Counted from the stretch's first letter, positions 27,682-37,600 are shown. The stretch: 38,677 nt of DNA from Candidatus Heimdallarchaeota archaeon (GCA_019058275.1 JAHLVW010000033.1:1-38677); one strand, 5' to 3'. Notes: generated from the sequence alone by a model not told the origin. A program made the numbers and translations.

Positions 27682-27899
27682 ACGAACTACTTTATAATCA
27701 TCACTAGAGCTTGTAATTTGAAATGTAAGTACTGTGGGGAGATGAAGCCTTCGCAAAAGTTTGTGGAACTGTAAAGCCTATGGTTAACGAATTGAAGTCG
27801 ATAAAAGATGATGTTCTGGGATTGATAGAAAATGGAATAATCAAAAAAGAGGAATTTGATTACCCAGCTTACAATAACGGTTGTGAAATAATACCTTAA
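27682..27899 (+). pseudogene. Internally deleted radical SAM gene (AF_0577/TIGR04084-like)
   Basis: ACG-NYFIIITRACNLKCKYCG joined out of frame to LWGDEAFAKVC...YPAYNNGCEIIP*. Confidence 0.75.
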
Positions 27900-27937
27900 G
27901 AAAGAAACTAAGAGAGCTTAGAAACTAAATCCTTAGC

Positions 27938-28395
27938 CTATTTCGCTACAGCTTCAGCATCTTTTTCTTTTCCTTTCTTTAATGGTTGGCTAATGTCAAT
28001 TTCACCTAGAATTTCATTTCCTTGTAGTTTCTTTTTCATTCTTTTGAAAGTTCTACCAACATTACCCATTCTACAGGCAAATAAACCAATTTTTTTACTT
28101 GATAATTTAACGTCGTTGAGAAATGTTCGTATTGCTGACGTGTAATTCAAAGCCCAAGTTGGTGTGCCTATGAATAGTACATCATAATCCTCTGGTTTTT
28201 TATCAAAAGGTTATAGCTTAGGTTTCTTCCCAAAAACTACTTGAACACCACCTAATGGTATTTGAAAAACCCTTTAGTTTTCAAATCCTTCTCTGGTTTC
28301 AGCTCTAAAATATCTGCTTTAATTCCTTTTGCAATAGCCTCTGCAAGAAATTTCGTATTCCCTTCAAAAGAGTAAAAGACAACAAGTTTCTTCAT
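27938..28395 (-). pseudogene. Flavodoxin pseudogene
   Basis: MKKLVVFYSFEGNTKFLAEAIA..., frameshift near 28255, in-frame TAA 28211-28213, then YDVLFIGTPTWA. Confidence 0.8.
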
Positions 28396-28470
28396 TTAAT
28401 CCACCTTTTTCTAGTGTGAATATCACTTAAACAAACTTGAATTAATATCTTTTCTATTTTTTTCCAAGTC

Positions 28471-29421
28471 CTATTTCTTACATTCTTTGAGTATGATTTT
28501 AGTTAATTCTTCTCTTTCGTATTCAGTCTTCAAAGAAATGTTAGTGCAGATGGTTTTTATTCCCAGTTTATTGATTTCATCTTGTAATTCTTTATCATTA
28601 TTACAGATAATCACTGTGTTTAGAAACTCCCTATACAATTTTGCAATACCTAATGATGTTGCTTCTATGTTTAATTCGTTCATCAATCTTGCAGCAGGAC
28701 CACTAAATGCTTTACCACTACTTAAAGGAGAAACAGCTATTATTTTTGCTTCAGTGTTACAAAGAGCTGTTTTTAATTCTCTTATAGATAATATTGGACC
28801 AATACTTGTTATTGGATTACTTGGTCCAATTATAATAGTATCAGCATTTGATATTGCATTTACTGCTTCTTCAACTGCAGCTGCTTTTTCACTCCCTTCA
28901 TAGCGAACAGATTGTATTGTAATATTTTCTCGCATTTTTACTGTATATTCCTGAAAAGAAAGTTCTAAACCAGACTTAGTTAGTAGCTTTGTCCTGACGT
29001 GATCATTTGTCATAGGGATAATTTTGGCAGTTACTCCCAATCTAGAACATAATTCTTGAACAACCTCATGATAGTTGCAACCTTGTAAAAGTAACTTATT
29101 TCTAACTAAATGCAATCCTAAATCCTTATCACCTAATCGAAACCATATTTCCTCCCCATATTTTTCTATCTGGTTTAAAGCATTAAAAGATTCATTTTTT
29201 ACTCCCCAGAATTTTTTCAAATCTAATTGATCAGAGAAAAGATAAATCAAAGTATCTATATCTGGCGAAATAAGTAAACCATAGAAAATATCATCATCAG
29301 CTGTATTTCCAATTATTGTCAACTTATCATCATTTAGTATTCTTCTAACCCCCATAAGGAGCTTGGGTGTTCCAGTACCACCAGCTAGAAATAGTAGTTT
29401 GTTGTCAAAATTTCCATTCAA
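28471..29421 (-). CDS. cofD: 2-phospho-L-lactate transferase (F420 biosynthesis)
   Basis: LAGGTGTPKL, GNTADD, SPDIDT, WFRLGDKD, FQEY, IIGPSNPITSIGPIL, SGPAA; TTG start about 29421. Confidence 0.93.
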   Translation of the reverse strand: MNGNFDNKLLFLAGGTGTPKLLMGVRRILNDDKLTIIGNTADDDIFYGLLISPDIDTLIYLFSDQLDLKKFWGVKNESFNALNQIEKYGEEIWFRLGDKDLGLHLVRNKLLLQGCNYHEVVQELCSRLGVTAKIIPMTNDHVRTKLLTKSGLELSFQEYTVKMRENITIQSVRYEGSEKAAAVEEAVNAISNADTIIIGPSNPITSIGPILSIRELKTALCNTEAKIIAVSPLSSGKAFSGPAARLMNELNIEATSLGIAKLYREFLNTVIICNNDKELQDEINKLGIKTICTNISLKTEYEREELTKIILKECKK

Positions 29422-29535
29422 ATGAACCACTACCAAAATAACCTTAATGTGAAACAATCTTAAGAGTTATTAATTAATACAAATAAAGCATGGTCTATCT
29501 TACCTTAAGTGAATTTTTGTTTGGTGTATACTCTA

Positions 29536-30273
29536 ATGACTACAAAGACTCAAAAAAAATCTTCAAACAATGAAATTGACACTAAACCTAATCTCGAGAG
29601 TAAAGAAGATACTAATCAGACTGAAATCCACATAAAACCTAAGACTCCCAAGAAAGATAAAGGGAGATTCTGGCTTTTCCTTAAAGTACTATTTCATTGG
29701 AGAACTTTAAGATTATTACTTTCACATCATCCATTTTGTGAACGATTTGAAAATCACACATATAATCTAGGAAAAATACGATTTTGTAGAGGATGTTTGC
29801 TAAGCTATCCTCTTGTTTATGCATTACCTTTAATCTATTTACTTTGGGGAGCTGCTAATGATTTCTTTACTTCAACAGCTCTATGGTTCCAAAATATTTG
29901 GTGGTTTGTAATAGGTTTTGGTATTCTTGCTATAGGAGGTCGTTTAATAGGAAAGTATTCGATTGTTATAAAAGATCTTTCAAAATTTGGTAGAGGAGCT
30001 TGGTCTGGTACCTTTATTATAGTAATATTTTCCCAACATTGGGGTTTCAAAATAGGAGCATTTGTACTATTATTTGGAGGTCTTACGTTTCTTAGCTTGA
30101 ATCGTGGGAAAGATATGGAACGAACTTGTCAAGAATGTGAGTGGCAAGCAAATTATGATATCTGTCCAGGTTGGAAAGATGTCTCTGAGCATTTAGCACA
30201 ACTAAATCTAAAACCTGAAACAAAACCAAAAATTGATACAACAAGTACAGCTCAAGAAACAACGAATGAGTAA
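29536..30273 (+). CDS. Membrane protein with His/Cys metal-binding motifs (DUF2085-like)
   Basis: LSHHPFC..H..FCRGC, about 4 TMs, C-terminal CQEC..CPG. Confidence 0.65.
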   Translation: MTTKTQKKSSNNEIDTKPNLESKEDTNQTEIHIKPKTPKKDKGRFWLFLKVLFHWRTLRLLLSHHPFCERFENHTYNLGKIRFCRGCLLSYPLVYALPLIYLLWGAANDFFTSTALWFQNIWWFVIGFGILAIGGRLIGKYSIVIKDLSKFGRGAWSGTFIIVIFSQHWGFKIGAFVLLFGGLTFLSLNRGKDMERTCQECEWQANYDICPGWKDVSEHLAQLNLKPETKPKIDTTSTAQETTNE

Positions 30274-30309
30274 AGTAAACTTAAAGCTCATTTAATTATA
30301 CAGAATCTA

Positions 30310-30558
30310 TTATGATCCTGTTTTTAGAGCCCACTCAAGTAATTCTCTTTTCTTTAATTCTTTGGAGTATATATCCTCCATTAAAAAGGATCTTAATTTG
30401 GTCTTCTCAAGATCATTGGCAACTTCTTCTTTTTGCTCACTTTGCTTTCTCGTAGACCAAAGAGCACTACGAAGCTCTTCGTTAGTCATTTTTTGAGTTT
30501 CTCGAGATAATTTCCTTTCTAATCTCCTCTGTGAAAAACTTTTATTTCTTTGCATCAT
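30310..30558 (-). CDS. Small basic helical hypothetical protein
   Basis: 82 aa ORF with upstream GAGGAAAGGA. Confidence 0.55.
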   Translation of the reverse strand: MMQRNKSFSQRRLERKLSRETQKMTNEELRSALWSTRKQSEQKEEVANDLEKTKLRSFLMEDIYSKELKKRELLEWALKTGS

Positions 30559-30772
30559 TTTCGTGCTATCCTTTCCTCAAAAATAAATACTTGAAATTAT
30601 TTAAGTAGTTTATTCTTTACAGCATCAAATCCCTTAGCAAGTTTAAACCAACAGCTGTTATTGTGAAATTATATTAATAAAGATACAAAAAGAAACACTA
30701 GAAATTTTTAATAACAAAAATTCATTATCTTAAATACGAGAATTTTATCGAATATTATTAATTTTTCTTTCT

Positions 30773-30910
30773 AACAAAACTTTTTTAAATGGTAATGTAA
30801 ACTATTTAGTTTAGCATCTAAACCTTAATGGTTTAGAATGCTTGATTCAGAAGAATCAAAAAAAAAAACCAATTTAATAGGTTGAACCGAAATTTTTTGG
30901 TGATCACCTT
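30773..30910 (+). promoter_or_regulatory. TATA-like box and multi-hairpin 5' leader of the solute-binding protein gene
   Basis: TTTTTTAAAT at 30781-90; stems TCTAAACC/GGTTTAGA and TTGATTC/GAATCAA; GGTGATCACC covers the SD. Confidence 0.45.
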
Positions 30911-32779
30911 ATGAAAGTGAACAAAGTTAAATCGACCATTCTTGTCGGTGTTATTCTAGCCCTTTTTGTTGCAAGTGCAGTTTCTATTAATAATGTACGA
31001 GCTGCTCAACCAAAACCATTCTTTACTCTGGTCTTCAAAACAAATGGTGGTGGAGTTAGACCTGATTATGGTAACTTCTTGAAACAACACGTAGCAAGAA
31101 TTGGTATAACAATTGATGTAATTGTACAAGATTGGCCAACCTTTGTTGGTGAATTAATCTTTTTCAGAGACTTTGACGTTTGTTACGTCGGTCTTGTTGG
31201 TGGCGGTGCAGACCCAGACTTTACTGGTGTCTACGATGAAAATGGCTCACTCAATTTGTTCGGGTATCATACTAGCATGGACTGGGATGACGCCCTCGGA
31301 ACAGGTACCAATGAGTGGTACATGAAAGAAGGCAATTTGATTATGCCTCCAGATTCTAAAAAACGTGTCCAACATTACTGGGATTGGCAACAATATATGA
31401 TGGACAAAATCAATCCATTAATGCCAACATTCTCACCAAGAGGATATGTTGCTCACTGGGCAAACTTAAATGGATATAACTACACTGATGGAGTTATCCA
31501 ATCATGGGGTAAAATGTCATGGACTGGTACCCACCCTGGTCAGTTAAGCGTCAATGAACTCGTTACAACTGATGCTGCCTGGTCTGATCTCAATCCATTA
31601 TTCCAAGATGATAGTTCCTCGTCCACTATTAGTTCTGCTACAATGGATACTTTGATTCGGTACGATGCTGACTTAAGCGTCTGGCCACACTTAGCAGATT
31701 CTTATGAAATGATTAATGATACTCACATAAGTATTCACGTCCGTGATGGTATCGAATGGCCTGATGCTGGTGGTTTTACAAATGAGGGATTTGACATCTA
31801 TGATGTTTACTTCACCTTCTACGCTTGGAAGCATGTATCCAACGATCCACACTTATGGTCTTGGATAAAAGAAATGAAGATCATTGATGATAGTACTCTG
31901 GAAATCTTCATTGATGGTGACCCTGATACACCTGAAAATGAACCATACGCTCCATTCTTACCATCACTCTGGACAAGAATTCTACCAGAACATTACTTGA
32001 ACGTAACACAATTAACTGATGGTGTTACCCCAGATATTCTTCATGCTAACTGGAATACCTTTGCTACAGACTGTTTCGGAACTGGTCTCTTCGAGATTAG
32101 TGCCTTTACAGAAGGTGTTGAAACAGTACTCACAGTAAGAGATGATTGCTGGAGATTAGATCCAGACCTCTGGGATGATAAGGACCTAAACTGGGAAGAA
32201 CGATTTGGTTTCGGTCCAGGATGGGATGGTTTAGATCAATGGAGAATCAGAATTATTCCAGACCAACAAACCTCATTGCTCGAATTAGAAGCAGGTAAAG
32301 TAGATATTGATGGTGTTGGATGGAATCCACAAGCAAGAGACGAATTAGATGCTGACCCAGACTTTACTGTCCAAGATGATACACTTTACAGCTATGGTTT
32401 CTTTGGTTATAACATGCGAGAGGATAGAATTGTTATCGGCAACCGTGACCCATGTCCATTAGACCCAAGTCTAAGCATTGGTCTAGCCGTTAGAAAAGCT
32501 ATCTCTTATGCAGTTGACAGGCAAGAAATCAATGATGTTATTCACAGAGGCGAATACGCAATAACTGATACACCACTCTATCCAAAGATGGGTGTCTGGA
32601 ACAATCCAGACATTATCAGATACAACTTCGACCTTGACAAAGCACGATACTACATGACCATTGCCGGATACGATTTAGGAGTTACTGAATTAACACCTGG
32701 TTTCACATTATTGATTACCTTAACTTCCTTGATGATGATGGCAACAGCCACATACATAATCGTCAAGAAGAGAAAGTAA
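30911..32779 (+). CDS. ABC peptide/nickel-type (family 5) substrate-binding protein, circularly permuted, with a PGF-TM-basic C-terminal anchor
   Basis: Signal peptide; DLNPL..PHLADSY..VRDG.W.D; GTGLF; VRKAISYAVDR; YNFDLDKA; C-term TPGF + TM + KKRK. Confidence 0.88.
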   Translation: MKVNKVKSTILVGVILALFVASAVSINNVRAAQPKPFFTLVFKTNGGGVRPDYGNFLKQHVARIGITIDVIVQDWPTFVGELIFFRDFDVCYVGLVGGGADPDFTGVYDENGSLNLFGYHTSMDWDDALGTGTNEWYMKEGNLIMPPDSKKRVQHYWDWQQYMMDKINPLMPTFSPRGYVAHWANLNGYNYTDGVIQSWGKMSWTGTHPGQLSVNELVTTDAAWSDLNPLFQDDSSSSTISSATMDTLIRYDADLSVWPHLADSYEMINDTHISIHVRDGIEWPDAGGFTNEGFDIYDVYFTFYAWKHVSNDPHLWSWIKEMKIIDDSTLEIFIDGDPDTPENEPYAPFLPSLWTRILPEHYLNVTQLTDGVTPDILHANWNTFATDCFGTGLFEISAFTEGVETVLTVRDDCWRLDPDLWDDKDLNWEERFGFGPGWDGLDQWRIRIIPDQQTSLLELEAGKVDIDGVGWNPQARDELDADPDFTVQDDTLYSYGFFGYNMREDRIVIGNRDPCPLDPSLSIGLAVRKAISYAVDRQEINDVIHRGEYAITDTPLYPKMGVWNNPDIIRYNFDLDKARYYMTIAGYDLGVTELTPGFTLLITLTSLMMMATATYIIVKKRK

Positions 32780-32797
32780 GCAAATTGTACAATTAAC

Positions 32798-32837
32798 GCA
32801 GCGGGATTAATCCTGCTGCAATCCATTCTTTTTTTTA
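32798..32837 (+). terminator. GC-rich hairpin plus poly-T terminator
   Basis: GCAGCGGGA-TTAA-TCCTGCTGC followed by a 9-T run. Confidence 0.65.
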
Positions 32838-32933
32838 TTTTGATACTTCTCAAAGGTCATGCCGTCTTTTATTATTGTAGAATAAGAAAGATTTAAAACT
32901 AGATAATTGCTTGAAAAAACCACTAAAAAATAC

Positions 32934-33011
32934 GCCCCAATGGTGTAGTTTGGCCAATCATTACAGCCTTTCGAGTTGTAGACTCGGGTTCAAATCCCGG
33001 TTGGGGCACCA
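32934..33011 (+). tRNA. tRNA-Glu(TTC)
   Basis: GCCCCAA/TTGGGGC acceptor, ACAGC-CT TTC GA-GTTGT, TCGGG-TTCAAAT-CCCGG, encoded CCA. Confidence 0.97.
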
Positions 33012-33069
33012 AAATTTCTCCAGAAACTTTTTTTTGTAGTATAAGAATATTGTTTCTCGATGTGATGAT

Positions 33070-33444
33070 ATGTCAAAAATGGACGTTTATCCAATCAAAT
33101 TTAAAATTGATGGTTTAGGTGAAGCAAAAGGTGAGCTATATCGAGTAAAAGCTCCACACTCTGTGGAAAATATCTATTATGCATTACCTTTAGGTGGAAG
33201 AGTTAGAGTACAAGATAATGCTCAAGCATACTTATTGATTGACATTCAAGTAAAATCTGAACATCCAACTTTCGATGTAGAACCTGGGGATATAGCTTAT
33301 TGGCCTATGAGTAAAGCAATTTGTGTTTTCTGGGAGAAAATCAAACCATACTCTGAAGTTAATATTATGGGAAAGATTACAAAAAATCTTGAATTATTCA
33401 AACAAATGAAGAATTTAACGAGAGTAGTTATTGAAAAGGATTGA
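33070..33444 (+). CDS. Cyclophilin-like fold protein (DUF369/TM1367-like)
   Basis: KAPHSV..LP, VEPGDIAYWP..AICVFW, VNIMGKI. Confidence 0.8.
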   Translation: MSKMDVYPIKFKIDGLGEAKGELYRVKAPHSVENIYYALPLGGRVRVQDNAQAYLLIDIQVKSEHPTFDVEPGDIAYWPMSKAICVFWEKIKPYSEVNIMGKITKNLELFKQMKNLTRVVIEKD

Positions 33445-33496
33445 AAACAATTGCTCCTTTTTATAGACAAATAGAACATAAAAGGAAGTACACCAT

Positions 33497-34144
33497 TTAT
33501 TTTTTATGGACAAACCACCTTTTCAGTTTTATTGGATCATCCCTATCTTCATCATCCAATAGTATGAACACTCCTATATTTCTTCTAATATAGCCTTCAT
33601 TCTCCTGTAATTCTTTTTTTACTTTCCATGATCCTGTTGCAAATACTCCATTATCCATATCGTAAAATGGTGTATGTGTATGGCTAATTATTAGTTTATC
33701 TGTTTGTTTTATTTTTGGCAAAAATTCAGCTCCCTTTATCACTAATTGTTTTTTTAAGTTATTTGTTGCTTCTGTCCACGGTTCATCAAATCTTTTTACA
33801 AGTCCTATATTATGTCCATGACAGATTACTATTCTTCCTTCTGTTGTATTTAGCACTACATAAGGTACTATTTGTATGTCTGGTTTGTCGTACAGCAGGT
33901 TTCCTTCATGTCCCATTCCTCCTGTTACAAAAATTATTTTTTCCTTTAATCCTTCCCTTTCACTCCATTCTACAAATTCTTGTAGAGCTTTTTTTCCTTT
34001 CTCTTCATAGCTATCTACGAAATCTCCATTCATTATTATCATGTCTACTTGTTCTCCCACACTTCTTACTGCTTCTATAAACTCTTCTTTTAGACATTCT
34101 TTTGCATCTAAGTGCACATCCCCAAATATTACTGCGTACGTCAT
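33497..34144 (-). CDS. Calcineurin-like metallophosphoesterase
   Basis: GDVH, GDFVD, GGMGHE (GNH variant), CHGH, SHTH, TGSW; ATGA overlap with the helicase stop. Confidence 0.85.
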   Translation of the reverse strand: MTYAVIFGDVHLDAKECLKEEFIEAVRSVGEQVDMIIMNGDFVDSYEEKGKKALQEFVEWSEREGLKEKIIFVTGGMGHEGNLLYDKPDIQIVPYVVLNTTEGRIVICHGHNIGLVKRFDEPWTEATNNLKKQLVIKGAEFLPKIKQTDKLIISHTHTPFYDMDNGVFATGSWKVKKELQENEGYIRRNIGVFILLDDEDRDDPIKLKRWFVHKK

Positions 34145-36489
34145 TCTTCCTCTCCCTCCTCCGCTTCCAATAGTTCTCTTGTTATTTTGATTACTTTCTC
34201 AGACGCTTTTTCCATTAATGGTATGATTTTCTTTCTTAACTGCTGTTTGTTCCTCTCTCCATCTTGCATAAGTTTTTTCATCTGGTTCTCTATCTCTTGG
34301 AATTTTGTAAACAAATATTCAGCATTTCCTAGATCCCCACCTCTATCATAGATTACGATTCTATTCTCATGAACATTCATTACTGTTCTAAATGATGATT
34401 CAGAAATATGTAGTATTATTTCCATGCTTTTCAGTATTAGGTCTTTCAGCAAGTTCAGTGCTTCTTTTTTCTGCTCATTGTTTAATACGTTCTTTGGATA
34501 ATTTACTTCTATTAATATTCCACTTGTTTTCTCTTGCCAATAGTAGGTTTTCTTCCCCCAGTTTCCCAGCTCTTCTTCTTCTGGTTGCTCTTCTCTCTCC
34601 TCTTCTATCCGCTCTCCTGTGTTTGTGTATCTGTTTATTTTTGCTGTTTCTCTTTGAATGATCATTTTTCCGAACTGTATTGCTATTGCTCCTTTCTTTT
34701 GCATCCGTGCTTGTTTTTCTATTTGGAATATTGGTGGTTTCAGTTTATTTTGTTCTAATGTTGTTTTATTTATTGCTAGTTTTTCTACTAGTACTTTTCC
34801 TTCCAGTAGTTTTACAACCCTGTAGATGTCTCCTTTTCTTCCTTGATACAGCAAATTTCCAGGTAATGTTATTCTTATTATTCTCTGCTCTCCTATTTCT
34901 CCAAGTATTTTTATCTCTCTTTTCGCTTCTTGTGATCTCTCTACTATTGACCACTTTCTTTCTCCTGACCGTATCCGATGGTTTCTTACGAACTGCTTGA
35001 GCTCTTTTTCATCCGCTATTACCAGCTCTCGTTTTCTATATGGTTGTTTATGTTTTCGAGTTCTAAGTATCCCTTGTGCTACTAACATTGTTGTTGCTGT
35101 TCTGGTTATTCTCTCACATTCCCCCTCATGACAAAAAGTTAGAATCTCTTCTATGGTTGTTTGCCCCATAACTACCCTAAACAACACGAATGCTTTCATT
35201 CTTTGAAGTGATTTTGAGTCAAACAATATCTGCTCAGAGATATTTTCTTCGAGAATTTCTTTTATTTTCTGATGATTCTCCAAGTAATAGTTGTCTAATG
35301 GATTATCTGTATCCAATATTATTGTGAAATTCTTCTTCTGTTCAATCGTCTGAAATCGCAATCGTCCAAACCTTTGCAACAACTCATTCTTCCCTGTTAT
35401 TGGCCATCCTATGTTTATGATGTGTTCTATTCTTGGAATGTCTATCCCTAGTTCAAGAAGTGAAGTAGTGAACAGAAATCGTAATGATCCATTCTTTATA
35501 CGTTGTAAAATATCTGTTTTGTCTTGTTCAGCAAGCTGACTACTTATACATAAGAATGGTGAATTTAACTTGATCACCTCTAATGGTAAACCTGTTCTTT
35601 TCATTAGGCTCTCATTACATTTTGCCACCAATTGACTTACCTTTTGTATATTATCAACAAACACTAGGCAAATCCCTCCTGTCTTTTGGAGATGCGGATC
35701 AATCTTCTCCATGATATACTGCTCAAGTGATTCTCTCAGCAGAACCATTACCCTGACAATTCCTCTTTTTCCGGTTGCTTGGATGATCTGGGCACTTGGT
35801 AGGAATTTATCTCGAAACGAAGCTACATCTTTAACAGTCGCTGAAGTCAGTATAACCCTTAGTAAGGGATTGTTTCTTTTGAATACAGATATGAACTCTC
35901 GAACATGAGTCAAGTAACCCCCTGAACCTGCATGAACTTCATCAATAACCATTACACCTGTATTTTTTATCCATTCGAGAAATCCATACTTATCTTCTTT
36001 GAAACATCTATAGAACAATTTGTCAAGTGTTGCCAACAAGATCTGTGGTTTTGTTTTTTCTATTTATTCAAGGTCTTTCCTTGAAAGATCACCATTATAT
36101 CGACTATAGGTTATTTTCTTTCCTGTTTCTTTTTGTATTTGGTTACAGTAACTAGCTAACCTTTGTTCTTGGTCCTCTGCTAATTGTTTTGTTGGGTAGA
36201 TTATGATTGCATTTGTTATCTTTTCTGCAACCAATTCTTCAAGAATAGTAAACATAAAAACTTCTGTCTTCCCAGCTCCCGTTCCAACTGTTAGAAAACA
36301 ATCTTCACCTGCAAGTATTGTATTCATTGCTTCAACTTGGTATTCATAAAGTATAAATGGAAACAATTTTTTCAAGATTTTTCCTGTACCCCTTAAACCA
36401 ACATCTGCATTATCTAAATGATAGCTCGATTTATTACTCTCTTGTGGTGGTATTTTAAATGTGGTTTTAACAATACAACGTCTTGACAT
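34141..36489 (-). pseudogene. SF2 DEAH-box helicase (Hrq1/SftH/MrfA-like) interrupted by one in-frame TAA
   Basis: Q-motif YEYQ, TGAGKT, YPTKQLAEDQ, YNGD, [TAA 36064-66], PQILLATLDKL, DEVH, TSAT, TSLLELGIDI, QRFGR, C-term IYDRGGDLG; both ORFs are in one frame (about 782 codons). Confidence 0.85.
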
Positions 36490-36491
36490 GA

Positions 36492-37058
36492 TTAATTTCC
36501 TCCAACAATTTCAGCTCCATAAAGATTTGATAAAACAGACTTGAATTCCTTTTCCAAGAATTTTCTAATATCCTCGTCTCTTGTCTTTTCATCTCGACTC
36601 AAGCAGTATTTTGTTACTCTCGAAATGCTCTCAGTTAATGCTTCTTCTCTTTCATCCATAGGCAAAAACTTGACTTTCTTTAATTTCTCTTTTATCTCTC
36701 TCTGTTCTTCTACTTCTCTTTGGAGTATTTTTGCTCTTTGTTCATGTTTAGCCCTTATATTTTCAACTTTTTTTATGTCTAGTCTTAAATCCAAAGGCAA
36801 AGGGTGCCAAGAATTTAGGCAGTTATATATCTGTTCTAATTCTTCTAGGTGTGATCCCTCTTTTAAGCCAAAACGATATTTATACTTCTTACCAATCTTC
36901 CAAATTAATCCCTTCTCAAGTAATTCATAAAGCGTCAGATGCGTTTCAGTTAGAGCTATACCTGCTCCTCTAGCAATCTCTCTTGCTCTTTTTGGATAAA
37001 CTAATCCATATTTAGTGAAATCAGCAAATAAATACCTCATTACTTTGAATTTATCCAT
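36492..37058 (-). CDS. Winged-helix + coiled-coil hypothetical protein
   Basis: RAREIARGAGI..THLTLYELLEKGLIWK wHTH pattern; stop 2 nt before helicase ATG. Confidence 0.65.
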   Translation of the reverse strand: MDKFKVMRYLFADFTKYGLVYPKRAREIARGAGIALTETHLTLYELLEKGLIWKIGKKYKYRFGLKEGSHLEELEQIYNCLNSWHPLPLDLRLDIKKVENIRAKHEQRAKILQREVEEQREIKEKLKKVKFLPMDEREEALTESISRVTKYCLSRDEKTRDEDIRKFLEKEFKSVLSNLYGAEIVGGN

Positions 37059-37600
37059 TCTATTTCAAGCTCCTCAAATTGTCTACAATACTCCTTTACT
37101 CGAGGTGAAAACTCATTCAAAGGTTGTTCATATCGTAAAAGAAATTCATTCTCTCTATTTTTAAAGAGAAAAACCGACTTGTTTAAATTCAATAATTCTT
37201 TTTCAACTCTATCAGAAACTTGTTTATTCGGGTAGAAAACTAATGGATTAAATTTGCTCTTCTTTATCTCCTCTTGACAAATTGTAAAGGCAAAACGATT
37301 TAACTGTTCTCTCTTCTTGACATCTAAAGAAATCCATTGTGTCATCAAACGCCACAATTTAACAGGTATTTCTCTATCACAATCAACTATTCTCACCAAT
37401 AATTGTTTCTTTATGAATCTCTGATGAATTGAAGTTAGAAGCACATCAAATTCTTTTATAAAATTCTCACATACTTCTCTGAAAGAATTATAGTTCTTTC
37501 CGTTGAAAAAACACTGGTTTTTGAATAAATCCTTCTTTAATTGAAGTAGTAATTGTTCACCTTTCCCATTGACTATGTAAATTACTTCTCCTTTGAACAC
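37040..37600 (-). CDS. Hypothetical protein (5' end uncertain, possibly truncated)
   Basis: 186 open codons; overlaps the next gene by 19 nt. Confidence 0.55.
   Translation of the reverse strand: MFKGEVIYIVNGKGEQLLLQLKKDLFKNQCFFNGKNYNSFREVCENFIKEFDVLLTSIHQRFIKKQLLVRIVDCDREIPVKLWRLMTQWISLDVKKREQLNRFAFTICQEEIKKSKFNPLVFYPNKQVSDRVEKELLNLNKSVFLFKNRENEFLLRYEQPLNEFSPRVKEYCRQFEELEIEWINSK

Noticed and set aside
33715-35000. Several Leu/Phe-rich plus-strand ORFs that look like membrane proteins
   Set aside because: Antisense shadows of the purine-rich helicase and phosphoesterase genes
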